Positions 39,782 to 49,154 of a DNA stretch of 64,000 bases are shown piece after piece. Made by a program: the position numbers and the translations under genes. Each line of letters begins with the position of its first letter. Position 1 is the first letter of the stretch. The notes below the pieces were generated by a model. That model was not told where the DNA came from. It did no database searches and saw only the letters and a program-made list of their open reading frames with translations. The stretch covers positions 1,760,001 through 1,824,000 of the forward strand of contig OY969807.1 in NCBI GenBank assembly GCA_963703285.1, read 5' to 3'. This DNA is from an uncultured Nitrososphaerota archaeon. Lineage in GTDB: Archaea > Thermoproteota > Nitrososphaeria > Nitrososphaerales > Gagatemarchaeaceae.

Positions 39782-40806
39782 TCAGGTACGAGGAAGCACC
39801 TCGCGGCCGAAGTAGTCGATGACCTGCAGTTGGTTCGGCGACGCCACGTGCACCACGACGCGGGTCGCACCCAGCCTGCCGAGTTCCCGGATCGCGCTCC
39901 TGTGGACCTCGGCGTCCCTGCTCACCGTCCATTCGGCGAGGACCCTCTCCAAGGGGACCTCCCTCTCTGCGCGCGCCTGTATCTCCACCGGGCTGACGTT
40001 GTCGACGTAGCCCGACTCCCACCCCTTCGGGGAGAACCTCCACTTGTTCGCCCCATCGCGGGCCTCCTCCTCCCCCCGACGATCGCCCAGTGCTCCACCA
40101 CGACCTGCAGCGCGGACGGGTCCCTCCCCGACTCGCGCACCCCCTCTTCCCAGGCGGCCTTGAGCCCCGGGTTGGACCTCAGGGAGCCGGCTCCCATGAT
40201 AAGGCCATCGCCGTGGAGCCCGGCCAGGCGGGCGCTCCTCGGTCCCCCGGCAGCGATGTAGAGGGGTATCGGGGAGGCGGGAGGGTCGTACAGCTTCCCT
40301 TCCACGTTCCAGAACTGCCCCTGGATCCGGACGTGCTCCCCCGTCCAAAGGGCGCGGATTATCTTCACAGCCTCGACCAGCCTGGCGGCCCGTTCCTCGT
40401 ACGCCGCCCATCCACCACCCGCCGCTCCTTCGTTCAACCTCTCCCCGGAGCCAAGGCCCAGGAAAATCCGGCCCGGCGCCAGCTGGCTGAGGGAGGCCCA
40501 GGCCTGGGCGACGACCGCCGGCCGGTACCTGAAGGTCGGACACGTCACGCCCGTCCCCAGAACCACGCGGGAGGTGCGCTGCGTCAGCGCCGCAAGGGTC
40601 ACCCAGGCCGACCCGGAATGCCCCTCGTTGGCCTGCCACGGCTGGAAGTGGTCGCTCGACCAGACACCTTGGAACCCGGCCAGCTCGGCGGCGTGCCCGT
40701 ACTCCACGAGCTCCGCGACGGGAAACTGCTCGCTCGAGAGCACGTAGTAGACCTCCGGCCCGGGTCCCCCCGATTCCATCTCAGGCCTGCTCGTCTCTAC
40801 CATCAT
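39782..40806 (-). pseudogene. LLM-class F420-dependent oxidoreductase (FGD/G6PDH-like) with a single-base frameshift (possibly a sequencing error)
   Basis: SSEQF, SDHFQPW, GTGVTCP, LGSGERLNE; frame changes at the G6 run 40072-40077. Confidence 0.8.
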
Positions 40807-40883
40807 GCGCTGCTTCTTCTCTGAATATCCTCCCGGCGCTTAAAAAGCAGACTGGAGAATTTTACCGTCGAGTCGGCCGAAGG

Positions 40884-43583
40884 TCACAGTGGCTGGAACG
40901 TCCTCGGCGGCTGCGTGAAGTCGAACGCCTCCGACATGTCGTTCGCAGCGGCGTCCCTCGTGCTCAGGGGCGCGAGGCCGTAGCGCGTCTCGATGAACTT
41001 CAAGATCGACGTGTGGTCGTTGACGACGCTGTCGACGAAGCCCTTCTTTGCATAGGGGGAGACGACCAGGCAGCCGACGCGGAAGCCGTACCCGTATTTG
41101 TCGACCTGCGGCGGCGGGACGTGGTCGAAGAATCCCCCGAAGCAGTCCCAGGTCACGAAGGCCGCGACAGAGTTCCAGTACCTGCTGCTTCCGAGGCCGT
41201 TCAGGATCTCCTCTGCGACGTAGTTCTCTCCAGTCTGTATGTCAGCCGGAGGGTGCTCGTCCGAAGCCGCCGCGCCTATCACCCACGACACCTGCGGCAG
41301 CGTCCCGTTCTGGATGTCGGTGACTATCTGCTGAGGGGGGACGAACTTGGCCTTGGCGCCTGGCGTCTTCTGAACGTACTCGAAGTTCTGGAACCACGTC
41401 GTGGTACTGTACACCTTCCAGGAGACGCCGGCGCCGTCGAGCTCCTCGAATATGGGCGGGAAGGTGATCGTGGCCGGGGGGTTGTCGTCTATGATGCCCC
41501 CGCACGTACCTGCGACGAGGGAGAGGTGGTTGGGGAGGCTCTCGCTCATCACGGAAGTGAAGTAGGAGTCGCAGAGGACGTACTGCTCCGCCGCGTTCCA
41601 GTAGTGGGGTATGTCGCCCGAGTCGTAATAGCCCATCGTCTCCTTGCTGCCCTCCGAGTAGATGAAGCCGTCCATGCTGCCGCCGTCGTAGTCCTTGTGC
41701 GCCGAGCTCCAGGTGTGGTTCATGTCGACCGGGGTGAGGTTCGTGTCGTGGAACGGCGCGACGCAGCTCTTTGACCCGGCCTTCGTCGGAAGGCAGTAGG
41801 TCTTCCCGCGGGTCCCGTTGCCGCCGGGGAACGTCCCGAAGTAGTTGTCGAAGGTGTGGTTCTCCTGAAAGACGACAACGATGTTCTCTATGGGAGACGT
41901 CGCACCGCCCGCGGCCAGGGAGAGGCGCTGGGCGGCGCCCGGTTTGAATATCGGGGCCTCCGACCTGGGTCTGGACCGCGCCGCCCCGCCCCCGATGAGG
42001 GCGAGCAGCTTCACCCCGTCGGGGCTCCCGAAACCGGTGCAGGCGTCCCAGCCTGGCCGCGCACTGTAGGCGCCGTTGCTACCTGAGACGATGTCGCGAC
42101 AGTCGCCCGCCGGGTCGAGGGGCTGGGAGTAGAGGAGAGGGTTCAGGTAGCCCGCCACCTTGCCGCCCGTGGCGCTCGCCTGCTGGTTGATCAAGCCGAC
42201 GAGACCGCTCCACAACGGAGCCACCGCGCTGGTGCCGCCCACGTGAATCTGCTTCCCGTCGGCGCGCACGACGTAGCCTGTATCGGGGTCGGCGTCCCCG
42301 GCCACATCCGGTACCCCGCGCCCGGTCCGCCCTCCCGGGTTTGCAGAGGGCGGGACGTTCACGCCGCTCTGCCAGGTGGGGAGGGGAAAGACGTCGCTCA
42401 CACCTCCGCCCGTGGCGCCCCCCGATGGGAGGTCGTTCCATACCACCTCGCTCGCGATGGCGGTGCCGCTCTTCGCTTCCTGCATCTTCGTCCCACCGCA
42501 GCCGAGCACGTACTGGGAGGAGGCGGGATAGTCCACGTGAGCGAGGCCGTCGCTCACACCGTCGGATGAGCCGTCGTCACCTGATGCGGCCAGCACCGTC
42601 ACGCCGAGCATCGCCGCCTCCTGGAACACCTGGTCGAGGGCCTGGATGCCCTGCTGCGTCCAGGTCGACTCGGCGTCGCCCCAGCTTATCGATATGACCG
42701 AGGGTCTGTGCAGAGTGTCATGGATGGCGGCGCTCACGGCGTCGACGAACCCCGCGTCGGTGTTCGGGGCGAAATAGACGTAGATCTGCGCCTTGGGAGC
42801 GACGCTACCGATGACCTCGATGTCGAGCATCACCTCCGTGTCGGGACCGTTGGGGTCCCCCGTCGGGGCGTTTAGCGCCCCATCAACCGAGATTGCGAGG
42901 ACGCTCGGCGCCGTGATCCCGAGCTTCGAGAAGTAGGTCTGGAGGTCGCTGGCGACATACCCTCCTCCGAGCTCGACGACGGCTATCGACTGTCCGCTCC
43001 CATCCAGGTTCGAGGGGAAGCTGTAGAGGCCTGCGACCTTCGGAGGAGTATACGCCGTCCCCCCGGGGGCCTGCCTGATTCGCACGTGGGACCGCCCCTG
43101 CGGCCGGTTGTCCAGACCCAGGACGGCCAGCACCAGGGGGGCGACGTCGGCTGGCAGGTATATCGGCCCCGTCCGTCCACGGAAGACCCCCTTCGGGTGT
43201 CGGTAGCGCTCCAGCTTGACGCCGAAGGCCCTTCCCAACTGCGCCAGCGTCCCCGACAGGACGACGGACCGCCTCGCGGCGCTCTCTTCCACCATCACCA
43301 ATCCATATTCGCGCGCGAATGACTCCACCTTCGCGAGGTCTTCTTGAGTGGCCCCGTGCTGCACCGCGAACTCCCCGCGCGTCGGATAGTTGCGGTCTCT
43401 GGGGAGGCGGATGCTCATCTCCTCCAGCGCCGCCGCCCTCGCGCGCGAGGACGAGGAGCGGGGTCGAAGTACCACCGTCACCCGCGCAATCTCGTCGGGG
43501 TCAATCTTGCCCGAGACTCGCGCTCCAGGGAGGGGCGCACGATCGCTTCCAGCAAGGGGTGTTCTCTGTCCGTGTGGAGCCAT
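40884..43583 (-). CDS. Fusion of a sedolisin/kumamolisin (S53) peptidase and a phosphoesterase/phospholipase-C domain
   Basis: Pro-domain, EVMLD, SISWG, SGDDG, RGVPDV, GGTSAVAP; then ENHTFDNYFG, DEHP, GGFFDHV, DHTSILKFIE. Confidence 0.9.
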   Translation of the reverse strand: MAPHGQRTPLAGSDRAPLPGARVSGKIDPDEIARVTVVLRPRSSSSRARAAALEEMSIRLPRDRNYPTRGEFAVQHGATQEDLAKVESFAREYGLVMVEESAARRSVVLSGTLAQLGRAFGVKLERYRHPKGVFRGRTGPIYLPADVAPLVLAVLGLDNRPQGRSHVRIRQAPGGTAYTPPKVAGLYSFPSNLDGSGQSIAVVELGGGYVASDLQTYFSKLGITAPSVLAISVDGALNAPTGDPNGPDTEVMLDIEVIGSVAPKAQIYVYFAPNTDAGFVDAVSAAIHDTLHRPSVISISWGDAESTWTQQGIQALDQVFQEAAMLGVTVLAASGDDGSSDGVSDGLAHVDYPASSQYVLGCGGTKMQEAKSGTAIASEVVWNDLPSGGATGGGVSDVFPLPTWQSGVNVPPSANPGGRTGRGVPDVAGDADPDTGYVVRADGKQIHVGGTSAVAPLWSGLVGLINQQASATGGKVAGYLNPLLYSQPLDPAGDCRDIVSGSNGAYSARPGWDACTGFGSPDGVKLLALIGGGAARSRPRSEAPIFKPGAAQRLSLAAGGATSPIENIVVVFQENHTFDNYFGTFPGGNGTRGKTYCLPTKAGSKSCVAPFHDTNLTPVDMNHTWSSAHKDYDGGSMDGFIYSEGSKETMGYYDSGDIPHYWNAAEQYVLCDSYFTSVMSESLPNHLSLVAGTCGGIIDDNPPATITFPPIFEELDGAGVSWKVYSTTTWFQNFEYVQKTPGAKAKFVPPQQIVTDIQNGTLPQVSWVIGAAASDEHPPADIQTGENYVAEEILNGLGSSRYWNSVAAFVTWDCFGGFFDHVPPPQVDKYGYGFRVGCLVVSPYAKKGFVDSVVNDHTSILKFIETRYGLAPLSTRDAAANDMSEAFDFTQPPRTFQPL

Positions 43584-43685
43584 GCGTTCCCGGATTGCTC
43601 TCATACGTTATGAAGGTGTCCCCCTTACTTCCCCACTCTAGCCAAGTGCTTCAAGGGACGCGCCCACGTTCAACAAGATTGAGGG

Positions 43686-43731
43686 GCGATTCTCTAGAGA
43701 TTATGGAATAATCTCGGAAATTCACTAAATA
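43686..43731 (+). promoter_or_regulatory. Operator/promoter copy A (GAGATTA-N5-TAATCTC inverted repeat plus TATA-like ctaaata)
   Basis: 40/46 identical to 49807-49852. Confidence 0.7.
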
Positions 43732-43753
43732 GATTCCAACCGAACTCGGTGAC

Positions 43754-43996
43754 ATGTCGAGGAAGCACTCCAGCAAATTCTTCAGGGCCTACATAATCGC
43801 ACCAGCGACGTCCGGGCAGCAACCCTCAAACCAGCCTCCAAGACTCGTCCGAGAACCGGAAGGTCCGAGACCAATCACTACGCCCATAGAAGGGCCAGGG
43901 CAAGACCGGGGGAACGACCTGTCATTTGAGGTCTTGGAGCTTGCTCTCCCCGATGCCGAGCCGAGGCCCTCAGACCTAGAGGTCGAGACTCCGTGA
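43754..43996 (+). CDS. Small Pro-rich hypothetical protein
   Basis: ATG about 23 nt after the conserved promoter element. Confidence 0.5.
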   Translation: MSRKHSSKFFRAYIIAPATSGQQPSNQPPRLVREPEGPRPITTPIEGPGQDRGNDLSFEVLELALPDAEPRPSDLEVETP

Positions 43997-44178
43997 CGCC
44001 GTCCCCCCAAAGAGGAGGGGAAACGACCCGTGAAGAGAGTGCCGGCTCGGCGGGATAGGCTAGTCCTGGAATGGGATCCAAAGTGGACCGAGAACGTAGT
44101 CGTCGCGCCCTTACGGTTTCGGAATCGCGTCTTCACGTCCGACAGGATTATCGGTAGGGCTTTCATCCACCCCCGGCC

Positions 44179-44487
44179 TTGGACTCCTTCGAGCGGCTCC
44201 TGTGGTGGCTGTTCGCAGGGAGCGCGGGCGCTGCAACGAGGAAGCTGGTCATCTTCAGCATCAAGGAGGAGCCAAGGAACGCGCAGCAGCTCTCCATCGC
44301 GCTCAATCTCGATTATACGACCATCAGGCATCATCTCAAGGTGCTCGAATCGAACAGGCTCGTGCTCACCGAGGGTGACAAGTACGGAAAGGTGTACTTC
44401 ATCTCGGACTCCATGGAGGCCCACTGGGACAAGCTCCAAGAGATCGTTCAGAAGAATCGCCCCGCGAGGGGCGGAGGGAAGAGGTAG
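44179..44487 (+). CDS. ArsR-like winged helix-turn-helix regulator
   Basis: LLWWLFAGSAG..TR, PRNAQQL, LDYTTIRHHLKVL, YGKVYF. Confidence 0.88.
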   Translation: MDSFERLLWWLFAGSAGAATRKLVIFSIKEEPRNAQQLSIALNLDYTTIRHHLKVLESNRLVLTEGDKYGKVYFISDSMEAHWDKLQEIVQKNRPARGGGKR

Positions 44488-44490
44488 CGC

Positions 44491-44950
44491 TTGACGACTT
44501 CAGAGGAACCGGTAAGGAAGGGGGGTAGAAGCTACCTCCAGAAGCTATGGGTGCCCGTCGTTCTGGTCATCGGCTTCGCCGCCGGCGAGGCGATGTCGTA
44601 CGGCACACAGGTACAGCAGCCGCAGGGCGGTTTCATGTTCGGCAACCACTTCCATCCCTTCCCCACCAACCCCGTCTTCGGCTACCACGTGCTCTTCTCG
44701 ACGATGGAGGTAGCGTTGCTCGTCGCGCTCGTGGTAATCTACGGGAGGATGTTCGTGGAGACCAAAGCCAACTTCGCGCTGGGGCTCATCTTCGTCCTCT
44801 TCGCCCTCCTCGTGGAGGCCCTTCTCTCGAATCCGATACTGGAGGACCTCATCGGCACGCCGCCCATCGGCCCGGGCTACCTGACCCCAGCCGCCGACAT
44901 ATTCACGATCTGCCGCGTACACAGTCTTCCTCTACCTCAGCCTGGACTGA
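44491..44950 (+). CDS. Membrane protein partnered with the wHTH regulator (+1 indel near 44913 affects the last TM)
   Basis: 4 TM; restoring the frame gives ...FTICAYTVFLYLSLD*. Confidence 0.7.
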
Positions 44951-44951
44951 C

Positions 44952-45485
44952 CTAGTAGAAGACGGGCTCCTTCTTGGCCGCCTTCCCGCGTTCCCCGGGT
45001 GGTTTGTACTTCCAGTCCAGTATGCGGCCCACATCCCTCTCCGTCCTCGCGGGGATCAGCCGCGGGGGTTCGTCCCGCGTCCAGATCCCCTGAGAGTTTA
45101 TGATCAGCCCCTTGCTCCGCGCCTTGATGGTCATGCCGATGGTGTGACCCTTTGGACCTGTGGCCCACATCAGCGTCACGCCCCAGGAGTCCACGCTCGG
45201 GCAGATGAAGAGGTTGACCTGGACGCCCCTGTAGGCGAAGTTGGAGATGACCTCGCCAAAGGATACCACCTCTCCACCCATCTTCCCGACGCGCTCCTTG
45301 ACCGCCTCGCGCCACGAACCGAAGTCGCGTCCCTTCGGGACGACGGCGAAGTCGACGTCGTGGACCACTGGCTCGTTCCTCCGGAGGCTGCCGGCAATCT
45401 CGGCTCTCGAGTAGAGGTCCTTCGTGCGCTCGAGGAAGTCCTCCGCGACCTCCCGAGCGACCTTCGGGTCGAGGTCCTTCTTCAT
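44952..45485 (-). CDS. Minimal DNA polymerase X (palm and thumb only)
   Basis: AGSLRR, HDVDF, QVNLF (third Asp is Asn), WATGP, ARSKGL, TERDV..IL...Y.PP.ER. Confidence 0.85.
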   Translation of the reverse strand: MKKDLDPKVAREVAEDFLERTKDLYSRAEIAGSLRRNEPVVHDVDFAVVPKGRDFGSWREAVKERVGKMGGEVVSFGEVISNFAYRGVQVNLFICPSVDSWGVTLMWATGPKGHTIGMTIKARSKGLIINSQGIWTRDEPPRLIPARTERDVGRILDWKYKPPGERGKAAKKEPVFY

Positions 45486-45501
45486 CTTGAAGCATCCGGC
45501 C

Positions 45502-46341
45502 CTATCTTATCTGGGAGAGGAGGCACTCCTGGGGTGTCTTGTCGTGCCTAATCCTCAGGATGAACGGCTCGCGCAGCTTCACGTCCTGGGTGACCTCCTG
45601 GAACCGCACCTCCACCACCGACCCGATTTTGACCTGTCTAGGATCCACGCTCTCGACGAAGGCCCCGACCTTCCCCAGGTCCACGCGCTCCCCGTTCTCC
45701 CCGTAGACGCCGACGTACCAGGACCTCGGCACCCCGGTCCGCTTCATCTCCTGCGTCTCCTCGTAGCCGACTATGAAGCAGTCGACCGTGTCGAACCGCT
45801 TCAGCTTGAGCCACGAGTTGGGCTGTCCGTACCTCGACGCCGGGTTCTTGACGATCAGACCCTCGCCGCCCTCCTTCACGACCTCCTCCATGAAGTCGAG
45901 TATCTCCTTCGAGCTCTTGGCGGTCCTGTATTCGACCTCCAAGTCCGTCCCCCTGAGGATCTCCCTCAGGATCTTCTTCCTCTCCGGGAGGAGCATCTCC
46001 CTGACGTCGCGGTCGTCCACCTGCAGTATGTCGAAGAGAAAGAGGCCCTCATCGGCCACGTACTCTCCGTCTAGGATCATCTGGTACGGGGCGTGGGTGA
46101 ACTCGGGGACGCGGGCGAAGACCTTCGGGCTGCTCTTCGGCGTGAACAGCATCCCGTGCTTGCTGGAGATCACCAGCTTCTCGCCGCTCTTGAAGAGGAA
46201 GATCCTGATCCCGTCCAGCTTCCGCTCGCAGATGGCGGGAAGTGGGTTCTTGAGCAGCCAGGTTGCCAGGTCGAGCTTGACGGCCTTGGCGTAGTTCTCG
46301 AGGACGAAGTTCTGGAGGACGTCGCTCAGGGCACTCGCCAG
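45502..46341 (-). CDS. Minimal ATP-dependent DNA ligase (NTase plus OB domains); CTG start inferred
   Basis: ERKLDGIR (motif I, upstream of the ORF-track start), ILDGEY, FDIL, GEGLIVK, WLKLKR, VEVRF, LREP..RIRHDK. Confidence 0.9.
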   Translation of the reverse strand: MASALSDVLQNFVLENYAKAVKLDLATWLLKNPLPAICERKLDGIRIFLFKSGEKLVISSKHGMLFTPKSSPKVFARVPEFTHAPYQMILDGEYVADEGLFLFDILQVDDRDVREMLLPERKKILREILRGTDLEVEYRTAKSSKEILDFMEEVVKEGGEGLIVKNPASRYGQPNSWLKLKRFDTVDCFIVGYEETQEMKRTGVPRSWYVGVYGENGERVDLGKVGAFVESVDPRQVKIGSVVEVRFQEVTQDVKLREPFILRIRHDKTPQECLLSQIR

Positions 46342-46356
46342 GGCAAGGTTTCCAGC

Positions 46357-47202
46357 CTACTTCGCAATCGCGACCTTGGGCTTCTTCTTGCGGGCGACGG
46401 GCACCGCAGGGAGCTGCTCCGACTCGCGGTCCTCCTGTAGCGCCCAGGCGTCGTCTAGCAGGAGTATCCCCTCGCTGAGCCCCATCAGCAACCAGAGTCT
46501 GCCGTCCTTCCTCTCGTAGGGGTAGACCACGCTGGTGTAGAACTGGTATCCCCTCCCCCAGGAGAAGAAGGAGACGAGGGCGGTGTCCTTCTGGAGCAGG
46601 TAGCGGGCCAGCTGCTTTACCCTCGAGCCCGTCTCCTTCACCTTCTTGTCCGTGTCGGGGCCGAGCTGGTATACCTCCTTGAACTTGTACTCCGAGAGCC
46701 TCTCGAGGGGGACGAAGCCATCGGGCTCGACCTCGATCTTGGTGGTCCTGTCGAAGGGCTCGATCTCCTCCTCTCCCTGCTTGTCCACTATCTGGCCCAG
46801 CGGAACTTCCACCCACTTTCCGGACATCTCCAGTTCGTTCTTGAGGAAGTATCTCTTCTCCGTCTTCACCGTGATCTGGTACTTTCCGTCGTACCTCACG
46901 TGCTTCCTCGCCTCGTCCCTGGAGACCTCCTGCATCTCGAGGCGTTCGCCGTTGGGTCCCTCCTTGTACCTGTAGACCACAGGCACCTCCCGGCTTACGA
47001 CCTCCCTCCCCGACTTCGTGTCTATCTTCACGTAGCTCACGGGCTGGAGGTTGCCGTGCGCCTTGGCTGCCCTTAGGTGGTACTCGACCGCTCCCAGACC
47101 CAGCGTCGGCAGGTTCACGCTAAGAACCCCCCTCCACGAGGCCCTCGGACCCGCGGCGCTGTCGGCCTGCTTCTCTACCTCGGAGAAGATGTTCTTGGCC
47201 AT
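46357..47202 (-). CDS. Divergent Ku (DNA end-binding) protein
   Basis: PRASWRGVLS resembles Ku RAIWKGAIS; KIEV..FVPLERL..YKFKEVYQLGPD resembles IEI..FVP..I...YF...YYL.PD; QLARYLLQKDTALVSFF; basic tail. Confidence 0.75.
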   Translation of the reverse strand: MAKNIFSEVEKQADSAAGPRASWRGVLSVNLPTLGLGAVEYHLRAAKAHGNLQPVSYVKIDTKSGREVVSREVPVVYRYKEGPNGERLEMQEVSRDEARKHVRYDGKYQITVKTEKRYFLKNELEMSGKWVEVPLGQIVDKQGEEEIEPFDRTTKIEVEPDGFVPLERLSEYKFKEVYQLGPDTDKKVKETGSRVKQLARYLLQKDTALVSFFSWGRGYQFYTSVVYPYERKDGRLWLLMGLSEGILLLDDAWALQEDRESEQLPAVPVARKKKPKVAIAK

Positions 47203-47387
47203 CTCGGATTCGTCAAGATAGGCATCAGCCCTTTATAATCGTGCTCGTATCTAGGAGGCTGAAGAAGCCACCACTAGAATACTCTGATGGGGCCCGGCGA
47301 CGCGGGCGCCGGGCGCGGTGGCCGAGGGTGGTCTATCTCCTCAACCCGTTCTCGATTTATAAGAGACCACGTGGCTCCATCCGCCCG

Positions 47388-47537
47388 TTGAGCAACTCCT
47401 ACAAGGAAGCCCGGAAGAAGGAGGAGAGCAAGGGTCACAATCATCCCGTGAGCCAGAAGTGCGGCCCCTACTGTCCGCGAAACGAGAAGTACAAGGGTCG
47501 TCAGAAGAAGATCGACCCGTTCCACAGGGACAAGTAG
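47388..47537 (+). CDS. 49-aa basic microprotein with HxH-x4-C-x3-C motif
   Basis: TTG about 25 nt after TATA (tttataa near 47356). Confidence 0.5.
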   Translation: MSNSYKEARKKEESKGHNHPVSQKCGPYCPRNEKYKGRQKKIDPFHRDK

Positions 47538-47592
47538 CCACGCAGCGGTGCCGTCCCAAGCCCTGAGCCCCCGGCGCGACCTGGTCCCCCAC

Positions 47593-48342
47593 ATGACGAG
47601 CCCCCCCGAGAGGCGGTTCCACGTCCGCAGCGTGGTCTTCGACCTCTTCCACACCCTGGTCGACCCTGACGCGCACAGGCCGGAGGGTTTCGTCCGCGCC
47701 TACAAGATAGCCGAGGTCCTCGGTCTCGCCCGGCCAGAGGAGTTCGCGGACTGGTGGAGGGAGATGGAGGCGGAGAGACATGTCAACGGGTCCAAGAGGG
47801 TGGCGCTCTACGCAGACGAGTATCTCCTTCGGCACGTCGGCCGTCGATGCACTGCGGAACAGCTGGCGGAGACCGATCGCATCTGGGGTCAGATGCACGA
47901 CCAGGCTCTCCTGAACCCGGAGGTAGAGGTCCTGTCCACCCTCAGGAGGCTGCGCGAGAGGGGGGTGAGGCTCGGCCTGCTGTCCAACATCGACGAGAGG
48001 GAGGCGGCAAGCTGGCCGAAGTCCCCGCTCTCCTCACTCTTCGACGCGATCTGCCTCTCCTTCGAGATTGGTCACAGCAAACCCTCCAGAGAGGCCTACT
48101 CGATCGTACTCTCGAGGCTGGGAACCGACGCGCCGTCGTCAATCTACGTCGGTGACGGAAGCCACAGCGAGCTGAGGGGTGCGAAGGAGGCCGGGTTCGG
48201 CCTCGTGGTCTTCATGAAGGGCTTCATCTCGAGGAGCGGGACTCGCCGTCCCGAGACGATCAAGAAGCGGGAAGACGAATCAGACACCATCATTGCGAAC
48301 CTGAAAGAGCTCCCGGCGCTAATCGACGAGTTGGAGAGCTGA
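47593..48342 (+). CDS. HAD-superfamily hydrolase
   Basis: FDLFHTL, LLSN, KP, YVGDG..EL.GA..AG. Confidence 0.9.
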   Translation: MTSPPERRFHVRSVVFDLFHTLVDPDAHRPEGFVRAYKIAEVLGLARPEEFADWWREMEAERHVNGSKRVALYADEYLLRHVGRRCTAEQLAETDRIWGQMHDQALLNPEVEVLSTLRRLRERGVRLGLLSNIDEREAASWPKSPLSSLFDAICLSFEIGHSKPSREAYSIVLSRLGTDAPSSIYVGDGSHSELRGAKEAGFGLVVFMKGFISRSGTRRPETIKKREDESDTIIANLKELPALIDELES

Positions 48343-48394
48343 CCTCGGCGAACCGTCGGAATCCTAATTATTCCTCCCCTCCGCGCCTGCCGGC

Positions 48395-49063
48395 ATGTCT
48401 CAGTACAAGTGGACGGCGGTCGACCGCTACATCGTAGACCTCTTCGTGCCCCCGGACCCGGCGCTGGATTCCATCCTGCGATCGAGCGCCGAGGCCTCCC
48501 TGCCCCGGATCCACGTCTCCCCGCCCCAGGGGAAGTTCCTGATGCTGCTCGCGATGATGCAGGGAGCCAGGAGGGTACTAGAGATCGGCACTCTGGGAGG
48601 ATACAGCTCGGTCTGGCTCGCACGGGCCCTGCCTCCGGACGGCCGCCTCGTCACGCTCGAGGTCGACCCCGACCATGCCGCGGTGGCGCGCGCAAACATC
48701 GCCCTAGCAGGGGTGGGGGGCCTCGTCGAGCTGCGTCTGGGGCCCGCCCTGGAGACGCTCCCGCAGCTCCTCGATGAGGGTCGGGGCCCGTTCGATCTCG
48801 TCTTCATCGACGCAGACAAGCCGAGCATCGCCGAGTACTTCAGCTGGGCGATGCGGCTGTCCCGCCCTGGCACCGTGATTATCGTCGACAACGTCGTGAG
48901 GGACGGGAAGGTGGTGAACGCGGCAAGCGAAGACGAGGACGTCCAGGGCGTCCGAAGGTTCAACGAGAAGCTCTCCTCCGACCCTCGCGTCGTCGCCGTC
49001 GAGATTCAGACCGTGGGGAGCAAGGGCTACGACGGGTTCGCCATAGCGCTGGTCAAAGGGTAG
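48395..49063 (+). CDS. O-methyltransferase (caffeoyl-CoA OMT-like)
   Basis: LEIGTLGGYS, FIDADK, IVDNV, YDGF. Confidence 0.93.
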   Translation: MSQYKWTAVDRYIVDLFVPPDPALDSILRSSAEASLPRIHVSPPQGKFLMLLAMMQGARRVLEIGTLGGYSSVWLARALPPDGRLVTLEVDPDHAAVARANIALAGVGGLVELRLGPALETLPQLLDEGRGPFDLVFIDADKPSIAEYFSWAMRLSRPGTVIIVDNVVRDGKVVNAASEDEDVQGVRRFNEKLSSDPRVVAVEIQTVGSKGYDGFAIALVKG

Positions 49064-49154
49064 GATCTCCACGACGGGCAGACTGGGTCCTTGGGAGGCT
49101 CCGCGCTCCTTCAAAGCTTATCCCCTGTGGCAATGCGCCCTAGACTGACGCTAC

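Noticed and set aside
39735-40261. ~175-aa C-terminal extension of PolB2
   Set aside because: It is antisense to the LLM oxidoreductase and vanishes if one C is removed at 39729-39731, leaving a PIP-like terminus
620-46359. Genome-wide amber recoding (pyrrolysine) suggested by in-frame TAGs in CMD, nadE and the Ku/ligase junction
   Set aside because: TAG is the normal stop of many intact genes here, no pyl genes are in view, and the CMD and nadE copies carry other lesions
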